From positions 1,417,994-1,481,993 of the forward strand of contig JBFXEV010000001.1 in the NCBI GenBank assembly GCA_050179755.1: a stretch of 64,000 nt of DNA, given 5' to 3'. The stretch's first letter is position 1. Each line of letters opens with the position of its first letter. Origin of the DNA: Candidatus Babeliales bacterium (GTDB taxonomy: Bacteria > Babelota > Babeliae > Babelales > JBFXEV01). The translations under genes and the position numbers were made by a program. Of the stretch, positions 17,721 to 26,519 are shown in pieces. Below the pieces are notes generated by a model. It was not told the origin of the DNA, did no database searches, and saw nothing but the letters and a program-made list of their open reading frames with translations.

Positions 17721-18392
17721 TTAGCGGGAAATACGAGCAATAATAGCCTCTATGACTTGATCTTGGCTAAGATTAGAGCTATCAAGCACATAAGCGCCTT
17801 CAGGAACAATTAATGGCGCAATGGCACGTTCACTATCACGCGCATCCCGTTCAGCAAGCACTTTGATAGCTTGCTCAAGGCTATAGTCTTTGCCTTTTTG
17901 AGCTTGCATTTGTTGCCACCGCTTGGCCCGTATTTCTGGAGACGCAGTTAAAAAAAATTTAACTTCAGCACAAGGAAAGACTATGGTGCCTGTATCACGC
18001 CCTTCGGCCACGACGCTATAATTTTTAGTGATATGGCGTTGATAATCAAGAGTCGCATCTCGAACCATAGAATTTGCTGAAACAATTGAGGAAGCTTGAT
18101 CATTCTCTTTTGTCTTTAAAAAAGAAGTAATATCAACACCATCATAACTAACATATGCAATACCATTATAATAACTATACACAAAGCGTGAGGGATCAAG
18201 AATTTCGTGAACATGCTCTTTTATTGGATTGATCAACTGATCAATCGTATAGTTATACTTGGTCAGCAGTAAATAACTAATACCGCGATACAAATAACCG
18301 CTATTTAAATAATAATAACCCAATTGTTGCGCAAGTCTTGCAGCAATTGTTGATTTGCCGCTTGCTGTTGGGCCGTCAATGGTAATAACCAC
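17721..18392 (-). CDS. cmk: Cytidylate kinase
   Basis: ITIDGPTASGKST, VAEGRDTGT, RDARDSER..APL. Confidence 0.95.
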   Translation of the reverse strand: MVITIDGPTASGKSTIAARLAQQLGYYYLNSGYLYRGISYLLLTKYNYTIDQLINPIKEHVHEILDPSRFVYSYYNGIAYVSYDGVDITSFLKTKENDQASSIVSANSMVRDATLDYQRHITKNYSVVAEGRDTGTIVFPCAEVKFFLTASPEIRAKRWQQMQAQKGKDYSLEQAIKVLAERDARDSERAIAPLIVPEGAYVLDSSNLSQDQVIEAIIARISR

Positions 18393-18406
18393 TTTATGCA
18401 GTCCCC

Positions 18407-20137
18407 CTAAATCTTAATATCCACACCAATCATTTCTACCGACACGCGGCCATTCCAATGATTTTCTGAAATTTTCACCGCAACATCAAATGTTTTATTA
18501 TTCATTTCAAGAAGGGACTCAAATAATTCAGGTCTATTAAAAAAGACAAGAGGTTTAATAACGCCACTTGCAAATACCTGACATTTTACATGCTGATCTT
18601 TCATAAGCGTTGGGGGCGAAACTTGTGTAACCTCACGCACATAGAATGTAGGCTCCACGTTACTATTACCAAACGGTTCTAAATGCCGCATATCAGCCAC
18701 CAACTTACCATTAAGTTCAGATAATTTAACCTCTGCATCAAGCTCGAGCTTTTGAACCAAATCTTCCGGTTTCAATTGCTCAATAATTAATTTTTCAAGG
18801 CGTCGTTTGAGTTCAGGCAAATTTTCAAGTGTTAACGCAAGTCCTGCGGCCATTGCATGACCACCAAAACTTTTGAGTAACTCTTTATTATCATGCAAAG
18901 CATCAAACATATTAAAGCCTGGAATTGATCGGCATGAGCCTTTCACCAGACCATCTTTTGTTGCATGAAACAATATAGTAGGTCTGCCATATTTACCTAC
19001 AATGCGTGAGGCTACCAGCCCAATAACACCCGGGGGCCACGAATGACTTGCTGCAATAATAATATTTTCATGCGCTAAATTTATTTTACCGCTTTCTACT
19101 TGCTGCACAATTTCTTGGTAAATGCCACGCTCAATTTCTTTGCGCGCTTGATTCAATTCAAAAAGCACTTTGCCAACTTGATTAACGTTGCCTTGATCAG
19201 AACCAATTAAAAACCGTACGCCATCACGCGCATCTTCAAGACGACCAAGTGCATTTAACTGTGGTGCAATAGAAAAACCAATATCAGAAGCATTAAGAAG
19301 CGATTTGGTTACATTGCCATTTTGTTTGAGCACTTTAAAAGCATAGCTTTCAACTTTATTAACATACTGCAACCCATACCGCACCCAATATCTATTTTCA
19401 CCAGTAAGCGGCACCACGTCTGCAATAGTGCCAAGCATCAACAACTCATATACTTTAGCCGGTAACGGCTTGCCCAATTTTTCATAAAGGAGTGAAAGTA
19501 TTTTAAAAGAAACACCCACACCCGCCAAATATTTATAGGGGTATGCACAATCGTTTTGATGAGGATTAATAATAGCAAAAGCTTCTGGCACGTGATCGTG
19601 AGGCCTATGGTGATCGGTGATCACCAAATCAATGCCCAATTTTTTGGCAAGCTCGGCTGCACCAAATGCTGTAATACCATTATCAACAGTGATGACCAAT
19701 TTATAACCATTTTGGTGCGCACGCTTAATTACTTTTTCAGAAAGTCCATACCCATCTTTCACCCGATGAGGCAAAAAGAAATTAATCTGTGCGCCCAATG
19801 GCATTAAGCACAACAGCATAAGTGATGATGACGTGATACCATCAACATCGTAGTCACCGCATATGAGAATTTTTTCTTTATTCTCAATTGCTTTAAGAAT
19901 ACGCTCAACTGCACGGCCTGCATCTTTTAAAAGAGCTGGATGCGGCACGTCACGCTCCAAAGAACTAAATAAAAAAGAATCGATTGCCTCTTCTGTGGTA
20001 AAGCCACGTGCTGCAAGTACTTGAGCCACAGGAACTGCCAAATTATATTTCATGGCAATCGCATGTATTGCTTCTTGATCGGCAGCAGGCAATTGCCAAA
20101 GATACTTTAAACCTTGTGCATAAGGTGCATGTTCCAT
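18407..20137 (-). CDS. recJ: ssDNA exonuclease RecJ
   Basis: GDYDVDG, ITVDNG, ITDHH, GTIADV, GSCRS, GGHAMAAG. Confidence 0.97.
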   Translation of the reverse strand: MEHAPYAQGLKYLWQLPAADQEAIHAIAMKYNLAVPVAQVLAARGFTTEEAIDSFLFSSLERDVPHPALLKDAGRAVERILKAIENKEKILICGDYDVDGITSSSLMLLCLMPLGAQINFFLPHRVKDGYGLSEKVIKRAHQNGYKLVITVDNGITAFGAAELAKKLGIDLVITDHHRPHDHVPEAFAIINPHQNDCAYPYKYLAGVGVSFKILSLLYEKLGKPLPAKVYELLMLGTIADVVPLTGENRYWVRYGLQYVNKVESYAFKVLKQNGNVTKSLLNASDIGFSIAPQLNALGRLEDARDGVRFLIGSDQGNVNQVGKVLFELNQARKEIERGIYQEIVQQVESGKINLAHENIIIAASHSWPPGVIGLVASRIVGKYGRPTILFHATKDGLVKGSCRSIPGFNMFDALHDNKELLKSFGGHAMAAGLALTLENLPELKRRLEKLIIEQLKPEDLVQKLELDAEVKLSELNGKLVADMRHLEPFGNSNVEPTFYVREVTQVSPPTLMKDQHVKCQVFASGVIKPLVFFNRPELFESLLEMNNKTFDVAVKISENHWNGRVSVEMIGVDIKI

Positions 20138-20166
20138 TGCAAGTAAACTCCTAAAGCAACAAACGT

Positions 20167-21672
20167 TTATGATTCTTTTTTCTTAAGCGTAGGAAATAAA
20201 ATAACATCTTTGATTGATGTTGTGTTAGTCACAAGCATGGTCAAACGGTCAATACCAATGCCCACGCCCACCGTTGGCGGGAGTGCATGTTCAAGTGCTA
20301 ACACAAAGTCTGCATCATATTGATGCGCTTCTTCATCGCCAGCTGCATGAGCTTCTAATTGTTGCTTGAATCTGCCTGCCTGATCAATAGGATCATTAAG
20401 CTCATTAAATCCGTTGCTAATTTCCATACCACCAATAAATAATTCAAAGCGTGCAGCAATAGCTGGATTTTGAAAATCACGTTTTGAAAGTGGTGAAACT
20501 TCAATAGGATAATCTATTACAAACGTTGGTTGTATTAATTTACTTTCAACAAGCTCTTCAAAGATAGCATATATTTTTTCACTGAGAGTTGCTTTAGCAT
20601 GCGCTAGCGGAACCTCATGTTTTTTAATTGTTGCATCAATAGAACTTTCTGAGATATCTTTTGGAGTGAGATCAGTATATTTAAGTACTGCATCAGTCAC
20701 GCTAATGCGCTCAAATGGCTTTTCAAAATCAATAACATGCTCACCATATTGCACTTGAAGTTTACCAGAACCTTCACGCACAACAGTACGTAAAAGTTCT
20801 TCCACAAACCCCATAATATAATGATATTCCTGATGCGCCATATAAAACTCTAGCATTGTAAATTCAGGATTATGCCGTGTTGAAATACCTTCATTACGGA
20901 AATTACGGTTAATTTCATACACACGCTCAAGGCCGCCGACCACTAATCGCTTTAAGTATAATTCTGGCGCAATGCGTAAATAAAAGTTACTATCAAGCGC
21001 GTTGTGATGCGTAATGAAAGGGCGCGCAGCAGCACCACCGGCAATAGGATGCAACATTGGCGTTTCTACTTCAAGAAAATCGTGATCATTGAGATACTGA
21101 CGTATACTTTTGATGATGCGTGAGCGAGCGATAAACTTTGCACGGCTTTCTTCATTGCTGATTAAATCTAGATAGCGTTGGCGATATTTAGTTTCTGTAT
21201 CAGTAAGTCCATGGAACTTTTCAGGTAATGGATGTAAGCTTTTTGAAAGCAACGTAAAGTCCGTCACTTTTAAAGTAATTTCACCCATTTTAGTGCGAAA
21301 CGAAGTTCCTTTACACCATATAATATCACCAAGATCAATATAATGATCAAAAAGGTCATATGCTTTTTCACCAAGCACATCTTGACGAATGTAAAGTTGC
21401 ACACGGCCCGTGCGGTCTTGTATAGTTGCAAAGCTTGTTTTGCCGTGCTCCCGCTTTGCTACCACTCTGCCCGAAAGCAAATATTCACGAGATTCTTTTT
21501 CATCAGAAAATTCGGCAATCATTTGAGCGCACGTTGCATTCACCTCTTTTGCTGCCGGCCACGGCTCAATGCCCATAGCGCGCAGTTTCTTTACTTTCTC
21601 AACCCGCATTTCATGTTCTTGGCCACTATGCTCTTCATGCACTGGAGTTGTTGATTCTAATTTTTTTGTCAT
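20167..21672 (-). CDS. lysS: Lysine--tRNA ligase (class II)
   Basis: YRQRYLDL, GGAAARPF, LRIAPELYLK, FRNEG..HNPEF, GIGIDR. Confidence 0.98.
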   Translation of the reverse strand: MTKKLESTTPVHEEHSGQEHEMRVEKVKKLRAMGIEPWPAAKEVNATCAQMIAEFSDEKESREYLLSGRVVAKREHGKTSFATIQDRTGRVQLYIRQDVLGEKAYDLFDHYIDLGDIIWCKGTSFRTKMGEITLKVTDFTLLSKSLHPLPEKFHGLTDTETKYRQRYLDLISNEESRAKFIARSRIIKSIRQYLNDHDFLEVETPMLHPIAGGAAARPFITHHNALDSNFYLRIAPELYLKRLVVGGLERVYEINRNFRNEGISTRHNPEFTMLEFYMAHQEYHYIMGFVEELLRTVVREGSGKLQVQYGEHVIDFEKPFERISVTDAVLKYTDLTPKDISESSIDATIKKHEVPLAHAKATLSEKIYAIFEELVESKLIQPTFVIDYPIEVSPLSKRDFQNPAIAARFELFIGGMEISNGFNELNDPIDQAGRFKQQLEAHAAGDEEAHQYDADFVLALEHALPPTVGVGIGIDRLTMLVTNTTSIKDVILFPTLKKKES

Positions 21673-21892
21673 GGCTAATTTCTTTGTAGGTAAAATGAAA
21701 AATATAACATTTCCCCAGTATACCGTAAAATGGCTTAATTTAAACCAATCTATACCCAAAAAGTATCCCTGATTTGCATGTAATGCGCTAAAGCAAAGCC
21801 GACTTCAGCTAACATATACTTTCTATTTGTAATTATTCGTGTTATGGTATTCTTAACGTAGATTCATTTATAACGTAAAGCGGCACTCTAGT

Positions 21893-22036
21893 ATGCAAAT
21901 AGCCATTACTATTCAAAATCATGAACAGACAAACAGCATTTCTACTCGTGTGATTGACCGCGCCCTCTCTTTAGTTATCTCTAAACGTTCCCTTAAACAG
22001 CTTAAAAAAATATCTGCTGGGGAACTACTGCCTTAA
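21893..22036 (+). CDS. Putative 47-aa leader peptide (uORF)
   Basis: MQIAITIQNHEQTNSISTRVIDRALSLVISKRSLKQLKKISAGELLP*; its 3' codons contain TGCTGGGG, complementary to the terminator 5' arm; RBS is weak. Confidence 0.4.
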   Translation: MQIAITIQNHEQTNSISTRVIDRALSLVISKRSLKQLKKISAGELLP

Positions 22037-22061
22037 AACCATAACTATGTAATCACAAAGT

Positions 22062-22098
22062 AACCCCAGCACAACCAAACGCTGGGGTTTTTGTTTTT
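22062..22098 (+). terminator. Intrinsic terminator/attenuator
   Basis: AACCCCAGC-N10-GCTGGGGTT followed by TTTGTTTTT; lies directly upstream of an RBS and ATG (22119). Confidence 0.75.
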
Positions 22099-22118
22099 AC
22101 CAGCATAAAGGAAAAATC

Positions 22119-22324
22119 ATGAAATATTATAAGCGAAACTAATCAAAATAATATATTGGTAAATAAATAGTTAACAGGTTCACACTGATTATCAAAGTAA
22201 TGAAATCAAAAACTTGCGCGAGGCAATGCGCAGCATTCATAGCTCGGGAGGCTATAGAGCGTTTTTTACAGGATTAACCCCACGCGCATACTATAAACGA
22301 TCTTCAATGATACTTATAATGTAA
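22119..22324 (+). pseudogene. Decayed gene: RBS and ATG with an early stop, then a mitochondrial-carrier (SLC25)-like C-terminal fragment
   Basis: AAGGA-ATG at 22119 stops after 7 codons; 22175-22324 reads QVHTDYQSNEIKNLREAMRSIHSSGGYRAFFTGLTPRAYYKRSSMILIM*. Confidence 0.55.
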
Positions 22325-22343
22325 TGCAAAATGGAGCTTATTT

Positions 22344-22383
22344 ATGTAAGCATTGCAAGGTGGCGCACATGCAATGCTTACAT
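22344..22383. terminator. Hairpin downstream of sod
   Basis: Perfect 14-bp inverted repeat ATGTAAGCATTGCA/TGCAATGCTTACAT. Confidence 0.5.
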
Positions 22384-22419
22384 TCAAATCGAATGATACG
22401 TTTATGAAAATCTAAAATA

Positions 22420-23031
22420 TTAGCCAACAAGCATAGTATACCGCTCTTCAACATACTCCCAATCAACGACATGCCACCATGCAGAGATATAATCAGGGCG
22501 TCTATTTTGGTATTTCAAATAGTAAGCATGCTCCCACACGTCAAGACCCATGATCGGTTTTAGGCCTTGCATAACGGGCGTATCTTGATTTGGCGTAGAA
22601 CTCACCACTAAATCACCATTTTTGTCAAGTGATAACCATGCCCAACCACTGCCAAATCGTGTTTTGGCCTCATTATTAAACTTTTCCTGAAATGCTTCAA
22701 ATGTGCCAAACTTTTTCTTAATTGCATCTACAGCTTTGCCTTTTGGCTTGCCTCCATTAGGGCTCATAAGCAACCAAAATACATCATGGTTATACGTGCC
22801 TCCACCATTATTACGCACGGCAGTGCGAATATCTTCGGGGACTGCATCTAAGTTTGAAATTAAATCAACCAGTGATTTTTTTTGTAACTCAGGATGTTTT
22901 TCCAGAGCAGCATTTAGTTCATCAACATATTTTTTATGATGTTTATCATGATGAATTTCCATCGTTTGCGCATCAATGTATGGTTCAAGTGCTCCAAAAT
23001 CATAAGGGAGCGGTGGTAATTTAAATGCCAT
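22420..23031 (-). CDS. sodA: Mn/Fe superoxide dismutase
   Basis: [37 protein letters not shown]. Confidence 0.93.
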   Translation of the reverse strand: MAFKLPPLPYDFGALEPYIDAQTMEIHHDKHHKKYVDELNAALEKHPELQKKSLVDLISNLDAVPEDIRTAVRNNGGGTYNHDVFWLLMSPNGGKPKGKAVDAIKKKFGTFEAFQEKFNNEAKTRFGSGWAWLSLDKNGDLVVSSTPNQDTPVMQGLKPIMGLDVWEHAYYLKYQNRRPDYISAWWHVVDWEYVEERYTMLVG

Positions 23032-23042
23032 GTTAGGTTCCT

Positions 23043-23327
23043 TTAGTTATTCAAGTAATAGACAATATCATCCGTATGAGCCATTTGTAATTGCTCACGC
23101 GCTTTTTTTTCTTTGTAAAAGTCATTTGTTTGCCACAATGCAATTTGCAACTCTAATTTTTTTGCTTCTGCTCGCAAAGCATCTACCTCTAAAGCAAGTT
23201 GTTCATTTTCTGCTTTAATACAAGCAAGCGAGCGCATGCCCTGGGCTCCGAATATATAGAAAAATGAAAATACTACCAATTCTGTTACAAAAAATATACG
23301 CAACACTATGCGCTTCATCTTTTTCAT
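23043..23327 (-). CDS. Septum formation initiator FtsB/DivIC family
   Basis: TM segment, G.QG, coiled coil, [10 protein letters not shown]...IVY. Confidence 0.8.
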   Translation of the reverse strand: MKKMKRIVLRIFFVTELVVFSFFYIFGAQGMRSLACIKAENEQLALEVDALRAEAKKLELQIALWQTNDFYKEKKAREQLQMAHTDDIVYYLNN

Positions 23328-23491
23328 TATCACCTCTTTTACTCATGTTTTGCGTCATTTAATCTCTCTTTTTGTAATACCATATAAGACTGGCACGCGT
23401 CAAGCAAACAGTAATTGACATTCTCTTGACCTTCATGCTCCGCATTAAGTAGAATAATGCCGGAATAAGTTGGTTAAAAAAAAGGAATCCC

Positions 23492-24946
23492 ATGCGCAAA
23501 CTAGCACTCCTTATCTTTATAGCACAAGCATTCTCACTGATGGCAAATACACAAACAGACAAACAACCATACCAAGAGAAATATGATCAAGGCGTATTCT
23601 CATTTTCAAAAACATTTGCCGAAGCAATTCATTATATTAAAACAAAATATTACCAAGAAATTAACCCAGAAAAAGCTATGCTTGAAGCAATTAATGCATT
23701 TGTAAGCCAAGATCCGCATTCGAGCTTGCTTGACCCAGAAGCATACAAAGAAATTTTAAAAACAACTAAGGGCGAGTTCTATGGTATTGGCGTAATCATT
23801 GATAGTCTTAAAGAACCAAAAGCTGAATACTTAAGTGTGATTGATACCATACCCGGTGGTCCTGCCGATCAGGCAGGATTACTGCCTGATGATAAAATAG
23901 TGCAAATAAATGAGGAATCACTCAAAGGAATGTCGGTTGATGAAGCAATAGCTAAAATAAAAGGTGAGCGTAATACTCCGGTGCACATTAAGATCTTGCG
24001 CAAAGGTGAACCTAAAATGATGCCATTCACCATTATGCGTGATGTTGTTAAGGATCACAATGCAACGTGTTTTTACTTTAAAGAACATAACGTGCTTTAT
24101 CTTGCCCTGAGCATGTTTACGCGCAATGCCATCAAACAACTTGAGCAACTCCTTAAAAAAAGTCAGCAAATAAAAGCACGTGGTTTTATCTTAGACTTGC
24201 GCAGCAACTCGGGTGGCCTTCTTGACTCTGCGGTAGACATTGCAAGTCTCTTTTTACCAGCCAATTCGGTGGTAGTCACTACCAAGGATCGTAGCGGCAA
24301 AGTACAACAATCCTATTCTACATCGGGCACTCCTATTGCAAACTCAAAAATTCCTATATTTGTGCTTGTAAATAATTATACTGCCTCAGCTGCTGAAATT
24401 TTAGCAGGAGCATTGCGCTCACATGCCTCTAATAACTTGCCCGTCTTTATTGTTGGTACTAAAACATTTGGTAAAGGATCAGTACAAGAAGTAATACCAT
24501 TAAGCAATGATAGTGCCCTAAAAATAACCACCGCACTCTATTACCTGCCAAATGACACCACTGTCCAAGGTAAAGGAATTACACCTGATTTTGAGATTGA
24601 GCCTAAAATGCCACCTACTGAAGAACTAAAATGGTTCAAACAGTTCTTTGGCCATGAAAGCTCGCTCAAAAACAGCATAAAGCCAAATGGCAAAGATGAG
24701 AAAAAAGAACCTGAGGACAAAAAAGAAGACAATGACTCAGAAAAGCACAAAACCTGGCAAGAACGTAAAAAAGAGCGTTTAGGCCAAGATTTTCAATTAC
24801 TATCTACCCTGCGCCTGCTTGAAATGCTTGATTTAAGCTATAAAGCGTATCCCAAAGACGTAAGCACTCATGAAAAGGCAGTAGAATTCCTTAAAAAGAG
24901 ATTCAATCCAAGCGACAAGCTTGAAATGGAAGAAATCACAATATAA
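23492..24946 (+). CDS. ctpA: S41 C-terminal processing peptidase (PDZ)
   Basis: DPHS, GIGV PDZ motif, LDLRSNSGG, TASAAEI, GTKTFGKGSVQ. Confidence 0.9.
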   Translation: MRKLALLIFIAQAFSLMANTQTDKQPYQEKYDQGVFSFSKTFAEAIHYIKTKYYQEINPEKAMLEAINAFVSQDPHSSLLDPEAYKEILKTTKGEFYGIGVIIDSLKEPKAEYLSVIDTIPGGPADQAGLLPDDKIVQINEESLKGMSVDEAIAKIKGERNTPVHIKILRKGEPKMMPFTIMRDVVKDHNATCFYFKEHNVLYLALSMFTRNAIKQLEQLLKKSQQIKARGFILDLRSNSGGLLDSAVDIASLFLPANSVVVTTKDRSGKVQQSYSTSGTPIANSKIPIFVLVNNYTASAAEILAGALRSHASNNLPVFIVGTKTFGKGSVQEVIPLSNDSALKITTALYYLPNDTTVQGKGITPDFEIEPKMPPTEELKWFKQFFGHESSLKNSIKPNGKDEKKEPEDKKEDNDSEKHKTWQERKKERLGQDFQLLSTLRLLEMLDLSYKAYPKDVSTHEKAVEFLKKRFNPSDKLEMEEITI

Positions 24947-24955
24947 TTAAAGTAT

Positions 24956-25004
24956 ACAATCAAGCTACTCTTGACATTACTGTGTGATAGAGTAGCTTGA
25001 TTGT
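24956..25004. terminator. Hairpin after ctpA
   Basis: Perfect 16-bp inverted repeat ACAATCAAGCTACTCT/AGAGTAGCTTGATTGT. Confidence 0.55.
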
Positions 25005-25047
25005 TATATATTCAAAAAACCTTTGATATAAGGCACGTTGGAATCAT

Positions 25048-25191
25048 ATGACTAAAAAATCAAAATGTCGCATTAGAACTACCGTTATTTCTGGGGCCTG
25101 TTTCCTCTTTATTTTTATGCTCACCTGCCACGAAGAGGCAGAGCAACAACAAGACAGTTCAGAAATGGTGGTTACCGAAAATCTCAGATAG
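25048..25191 (+). CDS. Possible 47-aa single-TM small protein
   Basis: MTKKSKCRIRTTVISGACFLFIFMLTCHEEAEQQQDSSEMVVTENLR*: basic N-terminus, hydrophobic segment, acidic tail. Confidence 0.3.
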   Translation: MTKKSKCRIRTTVISGACFLFIFMLTCHEEAEQQQDSSEMVVTENLR

Positions 25192-26467
25192 ATTCAAACA
25201 CAAAATTCAAACTGTCTTTACACTCTCTAAAGCGATTCATAAGATCAGCATGATCGTGGCCGCCAATATTAATGATAGCATAGCGATAACTTGCCGTGTC
25301 TTGGTCTTGTTCGTGCAAACAAGAACCTTCCACCGCGTACAACTCTATACGTATATCGGGAGATGATCTTTGAATTTCATGAAGCTCATGTGGCGTTGGC
25401 GTCTTTTTTACACGCTTATTTTCAAAGGTGCGCAATACACAACTTGCCGCCCGAGCATATGCACCCTGCCCTTTTTTAAAGATCGGCTCATGACCCGCTG
25501 CAATATCAAGCATTATCTGATACCCATTAATACCATCTACTTTTTCATATAGATCAGCAAATTGATGCGCCATACGTGGATTAATTTCAATGATTGAGAT
25601 CAAATCTTTTTCTTTATCATAGATAAACTCAATGTTAAACATAGTGTTATCAAGACCGATCCCTTTTATCAATCTATATGTTATATCTTCCAACCGATTA
25701 ATCACCTTTGGTGATAATGCTGTTGGATATTCAAATCTCTCAAAACTTTGAGTGCCAGGATACATAATAGAGTCAGTAATCCCCATAATATGACATGCAC
25801 CATTAAATACATATCCTTCAAGCGTTACTTGATCACCCGTAAGCACTCCTTCAACAATCATATAATTACCATTATGTTCATGTTTTGTATACTGCGCTAA
25901 CAAATAATTAAATGGTTCTATAAAATGACGTGGTACGTGCTTTTTTTTAAGAATATTTAAAAGATGATCGTCTGTTGCTACGTGATATGCACCCATGGAA
26001 AGATATGACTTTACTGGCTTAATAAAAAACGGATAGTCAAATTGCAGCTTCTTTTGCGCTTGAACATCACATGCAATAATATCAAACGATGGTACTGCTT
26101 CCGGCACATATTGTTGCTGCAATATACGAGAATAATATTTATGATGAATAGAAAGTAATACTGCCAAATCAGGCGCAACTAAACCTGCATGCTGCGCAAT
26201 GCATACGCTCAATGGATTAGTTGGATAATCATTTGAATACCCAATACCCGCAATGTTTTTCCTTTTGCATAATGCCACTCGCTCAGTAATACTTTTCTCT
26301 AGCAGATCGTGAACTGCTTGCGCTGACGGCGCCATACTGATTGCATGTTCAAGATTGCCGCGAGTGCATGCATCAAACACAATGGTATACGGTAATTTTT
26401 GCTCAAGTAATGTAAGTTCGCGTATATCACGCGCAGAAGGATACGGAATAAATATCTTTTTTTTCAC
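25184..26467 (-). CDS. ATP-grasp domain protein (amino-acid ligase-like)
   Basis: YPFFIKPVK, IVEG.L.G..VTLEG, FNIEF, IIEINPR; GTG start with AAGGAG RBS. Confidence 0.85.
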   Translation of the reverse strand: MKKKIFIPYPSARDIRELTLLEQKLPYTIVFDACTRGNLEHAISMAPSAQAVHDLLEKSITERVALCKRKNIAGIGYSNDYPTNPLSVCIAQHAGLVAPDLAVLLSIHHKYYSRILQQQYVPEAVPSFDIIACDVQAQKKLQFDYPFFIKPVKSYLSMGAYHVATDDHLLNILKKKHVPRHFIEPFNYLLAQYTKHEHNGNYMIVEGVLTGDQVTLEGYVFNGACHIMGITDSIMYPGTQSFERFEYPTALSPKVINRLEDITYRLIKGIGLDNTMFNIEFIYDKEKDLISIIEINPRMAHQFADLYEKVDGINGYQIMLDIAAGHEPIFKKGQGAYARAASCVLRTFENKRVKKTPTPHELHEIQRSSPDIRIELYAVEGSCLHEQDQDTASYRYAIINIGGHDHADLMNRFRECKDSLNFVFESI

Positions 26468-26519
26468 AACGCTCCTTAAAATAAAGTAACTACTTTAAGG
26501 ATAACGCATCTACAAAAAG

